Origin: Opitutales bacterium
Lineage (GTDB): Bacteria > Verrucomicrobiota > Verrucomicrobiia > Opitutales > UBA2987
Reading direction: 5' to 3'
Length of the DNA stretch: 64,000 nucleotides
NCBI GenBank assembly: GCA_965226885.1
Contig: CBDDEL010000012.1
Location: 160,001-224,000, forward strand
Shown here: positions 39,373 to 48,345 of the stretch, one piece after another
How the letters are laid out: the number at the start of each line of letters is the position of its first letter
Numbering within the stretch: the stretch's first letter is position 1
Notes under the pieces: generated by a model
Databases searched by the model: none
The model's input: only the letters and a program-made list of their open reading frames with translations
Told to the model about the DNA's origin: nothing
Translations under genes and position numbers: made by a program

Positions 39373-40239
39373 ATGATAAAAACAATTACTGCTTTATTAT
39401 TTGCCTTATTGGGGTTTTTCATTACTTCCTCAACCCTGATGGCAGGAGAGGAAAATTCCTGGAGCGAGAGTTACGTCACTATCGGTGAGCAAATCGTTGG
39501 CATTTTGGCCCAACCCGATGCGGAAGGCAAGGCGCCGGCCATATTGATGTGCCACGGGTTCGGGAGCCATAAAAACGAAGTCGGCGATATGTACAAAAGA
39601 TTGGCCGAAAAACTGGCCCTCAATGGCATCGCATCCCTGCGCATTGATTTCCCTGGTTGGGGCGAAAGCGGCGGAGAAATGGCCGATTCTTCAATCGAAA
39701 CACGAGTCAACGCCGCTGCTCAAGCTTATGAGTTTTTATCCGAACAGGCTTTTGTCGATGCGCAGCGAATGGGAATCCTGGGATTCAGCATGGGCGGGGC
39801 AACCGCCATTATCTCAGCCGGAGAAAACCCGGCCTGGTACAAGTCGATGGCCACCTGGTCTTCGGCGGGGGACCTGGGGAAGAACTTTCTGGATTCACTC
39901 GGACAGGAACGATTCGATGAGGTGATGGAAAAAGGAATCATAACCATCGACCTGGGTTGGCGGGAAGTAACGTTAAAAAAGGGATTTTTTGAAAAATTAA
40001 ATGAATACGATGTCCTGAAAAGCCTGGAAAAATATCCGGGCGCTTTCCTTTCCATCGCTGGGACGGAAGATTTCTCCGCCGCACATATCCCGAAATTCGC
40101 CTCGTCGGCCAAAGGGCGTCCTTCCGAAGGGGTTCTATTATCCGGCGCCGATCACATATTTGGAGTATTGGGTGAAGACCAAACCACGGCCGAAAATGTA
40201 ATGAGCCGAACTCTAAAGTGGTTCCGGCAAACCCTTTAG
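39373..40239 (+). CDS. Exported alpha/beta hydrolase
   Basis: CHGFGS, RIDFPGWGES, GFSMGG nucleophile elbow, GADHIF; signal peptide. Confidence 0.88.
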   Translation: MIKTITALLFALLGFFITSSTLMAGEENSWSESYVTIGEQIVGILAQPDAEGKAPAILMCHGFGSHKNEVGDMYKRLAEKLALNGIASLRIDFPGWGESGGEMADSSIETRVNAAAQAYEFLSEQAFVDAQRMGILGFSMGGATAIISAGENPAWYKSMATWSSAGDLGKNFLDSLGQERFDEVMEKGIITIDLGWREVTLKKGFFEKLNEYDVLKSLEKYPGAFLSIAGTEDFSAAHIPKFASSAKGRPSEGVLLSGADHIFGVLGEDQTTAENVMSRTLKWFRQTL

Positions 40240-41829
40240 CCCGGAAATTTCATAAAAAAAGTATCGCTGATATGCTTATCTGCTGATATACAGCAGGATA
40301 GATTAAACATTAAAGCAATATCAGCGATGACAAAAAGTAAACAATTAGAACTACAGTTGACAAGGGTAAAAGGCCGCCGTGTGCGGGTTGATTTTAAGGG
40401 CGGTGAGGTTACTTCGGATGCCGGGCTGCTTTTGATCCGGGAAGTGGATCGGCGGTTGGGCTTGACCGAGCAAGCGGCCCGGCAATTAGTAGACAAACGG
40501 CAGAAGGGCAAAGTGCGCCATGAGATGCTGGCCATGATCCGGCAGCGCGTTTACGGGCTGGGGGCGGGCTATGAGGATTTGAACGACTTTGACACCCTGC
40601 GCCGCGATCCTTTGTTGCAAACGGTAACGGGGCGCACTGAAGCGTTGGCCAGCGCGCCGACTTTGTGTCGTTTTGAAAACGGGCAGGATCGGCGGGCAGC
40701 CTTTGCCCTGAACGAGTTGCTGGTCGAACAGTTCATCGGATCCTTTGCCGAGGAACCCGAAGAGATCATCCTGGACTTTGACGCCACCGACAATCCGGTG
40801 CACGGGCTCCAGGAGGGACGTTTTTTCCACGGTTATTATGATCATTACTGTTTTTTGCCGCTGTATGTTTTTTGCGGCGATCAGCTTCTGGTGGCCTACC
40901 TGCGGCCCAGCAAGATCGATGCGAGCAAGCATGCCGGGGCCATCCTCAAATTGCTGGTTAAACGGATTCGCCAAAGCTGGCCCCATACGCGGATTATTTG
41001 GCGTGCCGACAGCGGATTCTGCCGGGATCGGATTCTCTCGTGGTGCGAGCGCAACGAGGTTTATTTTATAGTGGGAACGGCCCGCCATGCACGCTTGCAG
41101 CAAGCGGCCCGGCAGTTGCAGGAGCAAGCCAAAGGCAGTTGCAGGAGCAAGCCAAACAATGGTTCGAGGGTAGCGGCAAAAAGCAACGGCTGTTTCAGCA
41201 CTTCGAGTATGGGGCAAAATCGTGGCGGCGCCAACGCCTTATCATCCACAAAGCCGAACACACCGCACAGGGGTCCAACCCGCGCTTCGTGGTGACGAAC
41301 CTGCAGGGCGATCCCCAAGAGCTTTACGACAAAGTATACTGTGGCCGCGGTGAGATGGAGAACCGGATCAAGGAACAGATGCAATTGTTCAGCGAACGCA
41401 CCAGCGCGCATAAATGGTGGGCCAACCAGTGGCGATTGCTCTTGTCGGGGCTGGCCTACACCTTGATGGAAGCCTTGCGCCGGTTCGCATTAAAAGGGAC
41501 GAAGTGGGCGCGGCTCCAATGCCACAGTCTACGGCTAAAATTAATCAAGATCGGAGCGGTCATCGTGCGCAACACCCGAACGATTCACTTTCATCTAAGT
41601 GAAAGTTATCCATGGGCCAGTCTTTTCAACCATGCGGCCCGCCGGTTGGTGCCAACCTAAAGGGCGCATTGGCGCTGCCCCCGGCGCTACCGAACCAATG
41701 GGGGAAAGGGGGAAGTGTCTCTACACCCTGAAAAACACCTCAAAATCAAGACGATCCGCCCAAAATACAAAGAAATCCATCTCCAATAGCAATAACGAGC
41801 CAAACTTTACCCTTCATGAAATATCCGGG
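40240..41829 (+). mobile_element. IS1380-family element, copy 2
   Basis: IR CCCGGAAATTTC / GAAATATCCGGG, TSD TTAG (40236-40239, 41830-41833). Confidence 0.95.
40327..41660 (+). pseudogene. IS1380 transposase, frameshifted by a 23-bp tandem duplication
   Basis: GGCAGTTGCAGGAGCAAGCCAAA twice (41111-41156); N- and C-terminal halves match copy 1 in different frames. Confidence 0.92.
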
Positions 41830-41853
41830 TTAGTCAGTTTAGGAGCCAGAACG

Positions 41854-42282
41854 ATGCCCAACGTCGAATTAGAGGAAGGAAAAGAGCTGCAGCTTGATTT
41901 TAACAAGCTGAACGATATCGCGGCCACCGGCAAAGACCTCATCCCGGCAGTTGTCCAGGATACCGCAACCGGGGAGGTATTGATGCTCGGTTATGTTAAC
42001 AAGGAAGTTTTCGAAATCGCTTTAAAGGAAGGAAGTGTCACTTTCTGGAGCACTTGGCGGGATGAAGTCTGGACCGTGGGCAAAAATACCGGGGATACGC
42101 TTCGCATCATCGAAACACGGGTAAATTGCGAGCAAACCGCGGTCCTCTTTTTGGTTCGCCTCAGTGGGGGCGGCGCCTGCCATACCAGAATGGCGGACGG
42201 CTCAGCTCGTCACGGGTGCTTTTACCGCCGATTGAATTCCGATGGAGAACTGGAAATAATAACTGGGAGGGGAACCGGCTGA
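41854..42282 (+). CDS. HisI (phosphoribosyl-AMP cyclohydrolase)-like protein, divergent
   Basis: LIPAVVQD..TGEVLMLGY, VNCEQ, GACHT, GCFYR; AGGAG RBS before ATG 41854. Confidence 0.8.
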   Translation: MPNVELEEGKELQLDFNKLNDIAATGKDLIPAVVQDTATGEVLMLGYVNKEVFEIALKEGSVTFWSTWRDEVWTVGKNTGDTLRIIETRVNCEQTAVLFLVRLSGGGACHTRMADGSARHGCFYRRLNSDGELEIITGRGTG

Positions 42283-42726
42283 ATGCAGCGAATAAAATTC
42301 GAGGAATTATCCGAGGCTGACCGCGAACTGGTGATAGCTGCTGAGCGCGCCAGGGAAAATGCATATTCACCCTATTCGGAGCACAAAGTGGGCTCTGCCG
42401 TAAGGGCCAAATCCGGTAAAATTTATGCCGCCTGTAATGTCGAGGTGGTCAGCCTGCAACAATGCGTGCATGCGGAACGCAACGCCATTAATCAGATGGC
42501 TGCCGGAGGCGACCGGGAAATCGAGGCGCTGGTTTGCCACGGGCCATTCTCCGGTGTGCCCTGTGCCGAGTGCCGGCAGGTGATTTGGGAATTTTGCGGG
42601 GCCGATCCGGAGGTAAAAATAATCGGGGCCACTCTTGAGAGGGAGATCGACCTCATGACCATTGGCGAGTTGTACCCGCACCCCTATGGACCGGAAACAA
42701 AGGGCATCGATCCCCGCGATTTCTGA
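42283..42726 (+). CDS. cdd: Cytidine deaminase (small, tetrameric type)
   Basis: AYSPYS..VGSA, NVE, HAERNAI, PCAECRQ. Confidence 0.85.
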   Translation: MQRIKFEELSEADRELVIAAERARENAYSPYSEHKVGSAVRAKSGKIYAACNVEVVSLQQCVHAERNAINQMAAGGDREIEALVCHGPFSGVPCAECRQVIWEFCGADPEVKIIGATLEREIDLMTIGELYPHPYGPETKGIDPRDF

Positions 42727-42874
42727 AAATTAAGAGCCGAAAAACCTTCCAGTTTGCAGAAAATAATAATAGGATGTTCACTTCAGCCATTTAAATGCCA
42801 TTTCCGGTTATTGGCTGTATAGTCGTTATCTTATATTCTCCGGGAACAAAAAAGGAAAATCCAACAGGACTGTC

Positions 42875-43828
42875 ATGAGTTCATTCACTACCATACCGAG
42901 TATTGATTTTGCAGACTTTCTCTCCGGCGATGAGGCCCGAAAAAGGAAATTTATTCGTGAGATAGGAGAGGCCTATGCCGAAGTGGGGTTTGTCGCCCTG
43001 ACTAATCATGGCATCGACCAGGACCTGATCGACAGGTTTCTTTCTCTGGTCAAAGAATTTTCCCAGCTTCCTTTAGAAGTGAAAAAGAAATACGAGGCGG
43101 GGGGAATGCGCGGGTATATCGCCATGGGTGTGGAACACGCCGAAGGTGTCGAAACTCCCGACCTCAAGGAAATGTTCCAGTTCGGCCCGGAAGTGGAGGA
43201 CGATCCCGCATTGAGGGCTGAATATCCTGAAAACGTCGTCGCCGAGGTTTTGCCGGAATACACCCCTACCGGTTTGAAGCTGTTCAGCAATTTCCAGGAA
43301 TCGGGCCGCAAACTGCTCAGCGCCCTGGCCCTTTATCTGGATTTGGATGAAGACTATTTCGACCATAAAATTCATAATGGACATAGTATTCTGAGGGCAA
43401 TTTATTCGCCTCCCATCACGGAAAATCCTCAGGATGCCGTCCGCGCCGCCGAGCATACGGATATCTGCCTGATCACCCTCCTGCTGGGCGCCGATACCCC
43501 GGGATTGCAGGTCATGAATCACGACGGGGAATGGGTTGCCGCGGAAATTTCGCCCGATCAAATTGTCGTCAACGTGGGAAACATGCTGGAAAGGCTTTGC
43601 AACAGCCGATTGGTTTCGACCAAACACCGGGTCGTCAATCCGCCCCGCGAAATGTGGCATATCCCGCGTATTTCCATCCCCTTTTTCCTGCAACCCAAAC
43701 CCGAGATGGACTTGAGCTGCCTCCCCTCCTGTGTGGACGGGGAGCGCCCGAAAAAATTCGAGGACATCACCGCTGGTGAATTCCTAAATCGCCGTCTGGT
43801 CAGCATCGGCCTGAAAAAAGAAGATTAA
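42875..43828 (+). CDS. IPNS/DIOX-family Fe(II)/2OG oxygenase
   Basis: IPSID, GFVALTNHGI, HTD, GLQV, NVG..L, STKHRV, RISIPFF. Confidence 0.92.
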   Translation: MSSFTTIPSIDFADFLSGDEARKRKFIREIGEAYAEVGFVALTNHGIDQDLIDRFLSLVKEFSQLPLEVKKKYEAGGMRGYIAMGVEHAEGVETPDLKEMFQFGPEVEDDPALRAEYPENVVAEVLPEYTPTGLKLFSNFQESGRKLLSALALYLDLDEDYFDHKIHNGHSILRAIYSPPITENPQDAVRAAEHTDICLITLLLGADTPGLQVMNHDGEWVAAEISPDQIVVNVGNMLERLCNSRLVSTKHRVVNPPREMWHIPRISIPFFLQPKPEMDLSCLPSCVDGERPKKFEDITAGEFLNRRLVSIGLKKED

Positions 43829-43871
43829 GGCAGAACCGTTTTCAGGAATTTTCTACCACCGGCAGGGCGGA

Positions 43872-43900
43872 TTGACAAATTTACTTAAAAAAATTAAGAT
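43872..43900 (+). promoter_or_regulatory. Sigma70 promoter, predicted leaderless transcript
   Basis: TTGACA-17 bp-TAAGAT, 6 bp before ATG 43907. Confidence 0.7.
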
Positions 43901-43906
43901 TTTGGC

Positions 43907-44917
43907 ATGAAATTGATCGATGGAAAATTATCAGAGGACCAATTGGCCTTTTTTTACCGTGAAGGCTATTTCATCGCGGAAAATGTATTGGACGATATTG
44001 AGCTTGAACCCCTCAGGCAGGAGCTGGCCGCTGCCGTGGATGAAAAATTGCGGCAGATGAAGTCCGAAGGCCGTATCGAAAATACCCATGAGGGGGAATC
44101 GTTCGAAAAACGCACGGCCAACATTTTTTTCGACAATGAGCAGAACGGCGTGGACATCATGTATCACCTGGAGGGTTATATGGGCGGTGGTTTTCGAGGG
44201 AAAGAAATCTTTCGACTCATTCAGCACCCCAAACTGCTCCGCCTGGCTGAATCGATTATCGGACAGGAACTCATATCCTCATCGGTTTATCGGCTCAGGA
44301 CAAAAATCCCCGGCGACAAGATGAAGGAAGTTCCCTGGCACCAGGATGCCGGTTATTTTGCAGGACAATGCGATCCTCACCTGATTCTCACTTTTTGGAT
44401 TCCGCTGGTAAAGTCCACCAAGGAAAACGGCTGCCTGAGAATCCTCCCGCGTGTTCATAAACAGGGAGTCATCGAACATTACTGGAGCCGGGAGAAAAAG
44501 GGCTACCTTGTCATTGAAGACGAGGATTTGCCCGAAGGAGGACAAAAAGCAATGGCTGCGCAGGTGGACGCCGGCAGCGTTGTCATCCTGACCAATATGA
44601 CTCCGCATTGCTCCGCCGCCAATCTGACGGACAAGGTTCGCTGGAGCATCGATATTCGTTACCAGAACCCCAAGACGCCCAACAATATCGGCTTAAGGCC
44701 TGACCTCAGCGAGGCGGACCATTTGCGCAATGTGGAACTGGCATGTTACCCGCCGGAGGCCGATTTCATCGTGCAGAGCCGGGAAAACCCGGATACGGTT
44801 GTCAATTTCGACCGGTTTATGAAACTGCGGGAAAACTTTTATCTCCATTATACTAAAGGCGATGGCGATAATTTTCCTGTCCCTTCTCGCTGGATGCCTG
44901 AGCCCACTTTAAAATGA
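43907..44917 (+). CDS. PhyH-family Fe(II)/2OG dioxygenase 2
   Basis: FYREGY, VPWHQD, WIPLV...ENGCL, TPHCS..N....RWSIDIRY. Confidence 0.9.
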   Translation: MKLIDGKLSEDQLAFFYREGYFIAENVLDDIELEPLRQELAAAVDEKLRQMKSEGRIENTHEGESFEKRTANIFFDNEQNGVDIMYHLEGYMGGGFRGKEIFRLIQHPKLLRLAESIIGQELISSSVYRLRTKIPGDKMKEVPWHQDAGYFAGQCDPHLILTFWIPLVKSTKENGCLRILPRVHKQGVIEHYWSREKKGYLVIEDEDLPEGGQKAMAAQVDAGSVVILTNMTPHCSAANLTDKVRWSIDIRYQNPKTPNNIGLRPDLSEADHLRNVELACYPPEADFIVQSRENPDTVVNFDRFMKLRENFYLHYTKGDGDNFPVPSRWMPEPTLK

Positions 44918-44962
44918 CCGCCCTTCACCAACTGGTCCCGAGGTAGACGATCGGCCTGTTGG

Positions 44963-46258
44963 TCAGCCAATCAATAGTCCGGCCAGGTTGGCCGACATCA
45001 GAGAGGCGCAGAAAGCACCGATCATGGCGCGGATTCCCAACTGGGCCAGGTTGGTTCTTTGTCCGGGCGCAAGCACTGAAATTCCGCCGATCTGCACTCC
45101 CACCGAAACAAATGAGGCGAAGCCGCAGAGGACGAAAGTGGAAATAACGACCGCTTTTTCGGTCAGCAAGTTGCCTTGGCTGACCATCTCGGCCATGGTG
45201 GTATAGGCGACCAGGTCGTTGAGGATAAGTTTCTCTCCCAGAAGCACCCCCACTTGCAGCAGGCTATCGACATCGACTCCTATCAGCCATGCCACCGGCA
45301 TAAAAATGACGCCAAGTATAAATTGCAAGGTAAGGCTCTCGAAACCACCATCGGTAGCCTCCTTGATGACCGAGTTAAGCCCGCTGACGCCGCCCACCCA
45401 GCCGGTAAGGTCATTGAGCATGGCTACCAGAGCCACAAACACCAGAACCACCGCGCCCACATTGACCGAGAGTTTGACTCCCTGGGTTACTCCGCCCGCC
45501 ACCGCATCGAAAATATTTACCCCCATCGATTCCGTTGATACTCGCAAATCGGTTTCCACCTCTTCATGCTCGGGCAGCAATATTTTGGCGCAGACAACCG
45601 CTGCCGGCGCAGCCATAATGAAAGCGGATATGAGCCGTTTGCCCACTACCACCTGGAGGGCCGCATCGTCCCCCGCCAGAATGGAAACATAAGCGGCGAA
45701 TATCGCTCCGGCGGAAGTGGCCATCCCGCCCGCCATCAGGCAGGTGATTTCGGACCTTGTCATGCGTTCCAGATATGGCTTAACCATCAAGGGCGCTTCC
45801 GTTTGACCAATGAAGACGTTGGCGGCTACAGCCAGGCTCTCCGCGCCGGATAGCTTCATCGTTTTCTGCATGACCCAGGCAAAGGCGTAAACTACCTTCT
45901 GCAATATGCCCAAATAGTAAAGAATCGAGGTCAGGGCCGAGAAAAACACGATCGATGGCATTACCCGAAAGGCGAAAACGGCCTCGTAGGATGAATCTGT
46001 AGCCAATTCTCCGAAAACAAATTGGCTTCCTTGCAGGGAAAATCCCAACAGGTTGACGGCAAATTGGGCGATTAATCCCAGTCCATCCCCAACATAAGGT
46101 GTTTTCAATACCAGCAGGGCGATGGCGGCCTGCAGCCCAAGACCCCCAAAGACGAGGCGCCAATTGATGCCCTTGCGGTCGTTGCTGAGCCAATAGCAAA
46201 AGGCGAGTAGCGCCACTACCCCGATCAGCGCGCGGATGATTTCCAGTATCAATGCCAT
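44963..46258 (-). CDS. NupC/CNT family concentrative nucleoside transporter 1
   Basis: INWRLV, SGAESL, FIGQTEAPL, GEKLILND, LCGFAS...QIGG. Confidence 0.93.
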   Translation of the reverse strand: MALILEIIRALIGVVALLAFCYWLSNDRKGINWRLVFGGLGLQAAIALLVLKTPYVGDGLGLIAQFAVNLLGFSLQGSQFVFGELATDSSYEAVFAFRVMPSIVFFSALTSILYYLGILQKVVYAFAWVMQKTMKLSGAESLAVAANVFIGQTEAPLMVKPYLERMTRSEITCLMAGGMATSAGAIFAAYVSILAGDDAALQVVVGKRLISAFIMAAPAAVVCAKILLPEHEEVETDLRVSTESMGVNIFDAVAGGVTQGVKLSVNVGAVVLVFVALVAMLNDLTGWVGGVSGLNSVIKEATDGGFESLTLQFILGVIFMPVAWLIGVDVDSLLQVGVLLGEKLILNDLVAYTTMAEMVSQGNLLTEKAVVISTFVLCGFASFVSVGVQIGGISVLAPGQRTNLAQLGIRAMIGAFCASLMSANLAGLLIG

Positions 46259-46273
46259 AAAAACCAAATAAAG

Positions 46274-47575
46274 TTATCCTGAGATCGTCCCCACGATGGT
46301 GGCGGTAATCAAAGTTGCGCACGTTCCACCGACTAAGGCCCGAAGCGCAAGTTTGGCCAGGTTGTCCCGTTGACCAGGAGCCAGGGTTCCGATTCCGCCG
46401 ATCTGCACCCCGACAGAGGCAAAATTGGCAAAACCGCAGAGGGCAAAAGTCGAAATTAAAGTGGCTTTTGGATCGGTCATGGTGCCGTCCTTTATCATGT
46501 CTCCAAGTGTAATATAGGCAAAAAACTCATTGAGGACCAATTTTTCACCCAACAGCTGCCCAACTGCCAGCAGATTGCCGAAATCTACGCCGATTATGAA
46601 AGCGACTGGCGAAAAAAGAATCCCGAATAGAAATTGCAGGGTGAGGCCTTCATAGGCGCCATCCGTCCATGACTTGATGACGGAATTAAAGTCCCCTACA
46701 GAGCCAATCCAGGTGGTCAGAATAAAATTAATCATGGCAATCAGGGCAATAAAAACGATGAGAATGGCAGCCACATTTACAGCCAGTCGGACGCCTTGGG
46801 CGGTGCCCGCCACGATGGAATCAAAGAGGTTTAAGCCGATCGTTTCCTTGGGCACCTTCAGTTGGGTATCGACCCGCGTCGTTTCCGGGAAAAGCACTTT
46901 GGACAAAACGATGGCGGCGGGGGCAGCCATAATGGATGCCGTCAGCAGGCGTTTGCCGGCGATAATTCGCTCGGCTGGGTCGTTGCCTCCCAGGATCGCT
47001 ATATAAGCCGCCAGGACGCTCCCCGCGATGGTCGCCATGCCGCCCGTCATGAGGCAGGCAAGTTCGGACCGCGACATACGCTCCAAATAAGGCCTGACGA
47101 GAAGCGGGGCCTCCGTTTGTCCGATAAAGATATTAGCCGCGGCCGCCATGCTTTCGGCGCCGGAAAGGCGCATGGTCCGGTTCATTATCCAGGCGAAAAC
47201 AAAGACGATTCTCTGCAATATGCCCAAATAATAGAGCATGGATGTAAGGGCCGAGAAAAAGATAATTGTGGGGAGCACCTGAAACCCGAATTGCGCCCCC
47301 ATTGTTTTATCGTCCACCAGGTTGCCGAATATAAACCGCGAACCATCGCTTGAATATCGTAGAATATTGACAAACAAGCGTGAGGCCGATTCAAAGCCCA
47401 TGGCGACTATTTCCACTTTCATTACCAATACGGCAATGATCAACTGTAAGCCGAGTCCGCCCATAACCAACCGCCAGTTGATATGCTTGCGATCGTTACT
47501 CAATCCGAAGCAAAGGCCGAGTATGACCGCTACTCCAAATACGCCCCTCGCCAGGTTAACCAGAATATCCCACAT
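46274..47575 (-). CDS. NupC/CNT family nucleoside transporter 2
   Basis: FIGQTEAPL, GMATIAGSV, KLVLNEF.AY, FALCGFANFAS. Confidence 0.94.
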   Translation of the reverse strand: MWDILVNLARGVFGVAVILGLCFGLSNDRKHINWRLVMGGLGLQLIIAVLVMKVEIVAMGFESASRLFVNILRYSSDGSRFIFGNLVDDKTMGAQFGFQVLPTIIFFSALTSMLYYLGILQRIVFVFAWIMNRTMRLSGAESMAAAANIFIGQTEAPLLVRPYLERMSRSELACLMTGGMATIAGSVLAAYIAILGGNDPAERIIAGKRLLTASIMAAPAAIVLSKVLFPETTRVDTQLKVPKETIGLNLFDSIVAGTAQGVRLAVNVAAILIVFIALIAMINFILTTWIGSVGDFNSVIKSWTDGAYEGLTLQFLFGILFSPVAFIIGVDFGNLLAVGQLLGEKLVLNEFFAYITLGDMIKDGTMTDPKATLISTFALCGFANFASVGVQIGGIGTLAPGQRDNLAKLALRALVGGTCATLITATIVGTISG

Positions 47576-47589
47576 TTGAATTGAAGAGT

Positions 47590-48345
47590 TCAGGCAAAGC
47601 GGAGTTCGAGGGCTTTTTTCATCACAATGGCTAAATTAGCCTCAGCCTCATGCAGTACCGATTCGTTGGGGGTTTCCGTTTGGGTGCGGTTGACGATGGC
47701 AGAGGCGACACAGGCGGCCTTCAGGCCGAAAGTGGCGATAATCGTCAGCAAGGTGGAGGATTCCATTTCGTAATTGAGAACATTGAGCGCCTGCCATTCT
47801 TTCATGCTGTTTTGGAACTTGCGGATCACGTAGCCCTTGAAGGTATCGTAACGTTCCTGGCCCGGATAAAAAGTATCCGTCGATGCCGTAATCCCCACGC
47901 GGTATTCGAGTCCCAGTTGACGGGCCGCGTCGACGAGGGAGTTAGTCAGCTCGAGATCGGCCACGGCCGGATACTCAATGGGCGCATAGTGGGTCGAAGC
48001 CCCGTCCAGGCGAACGGATCCACTGGTAATTATGAGAGAAGGAATTGGTATATCCGGTTGAATGGCGCCGGTCGTTCCGATGCGGTAAAAATTTTTAAGA
48101 CCTAGATCGGCCAGCTCTTCCAGGGCCAGGGACGTTCCCGGTCCCCCGATACCGGTCGAACAAACCAGGACCTTTTGGCCGCAAAGTGTCGCCAGGAACG
48201 AGGTGTATTCGCGATTGGTGGCAAGAAATTTTGCATTTTCATCGAGGTATTTTGCCGTTTTTTCAACCCTGGCGGGATCGCCCGGCAAAAGAACGTATTC
48301 AGCGCCCTTGATTAAATTTTTATTTAATTGAATATGGTATTTAAT
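47590..48345 (-). CDS. udp: Uridine phosphorylase 1 (probable ATT start at 48345)
   Basis: YHI...LPGDP.R, REY, STGIGGP, RIGTTG, RLDGAS.HY, DTFYPGQERYD, NYEME. Confidence 0.92.
   Translation of the reverse strand: MKYHIQLNKNLIKGAEYVLLPGDPARVEKTAKYLDENAKFLATNREYTSFLATLCGQKVLVCSTGIGGPGTSLALEELADLGLKNFYRIGTTGAIQPDIPIPSLIITSGSVRLDGASTHYAPIEYPAVADLELTNSLVDAARQLGLEYRVGITASTDTFYPGQERYDTFKGYVIRKFQNSMKEWQALNVLNYEMESSTLLTIIATFGLKAACVASAIVNRTQTETPNESVLHEAEANLAIVMKKALELRFA

Noticed and set aside
15126..41829. Inverted IS1380 pair as a composite transposon or inversion boundary
   Set aside because: Each copy keeps its own matching TSD (CTAG/CTAG, TTAG/TTAG), so they are independent insertions with no evidence of recombination
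41599..41853. N-terminal extension on the HisI-like ORF
   Set aside because: Derived from the IS1380 end; the RBS and homology point to ATG 41854
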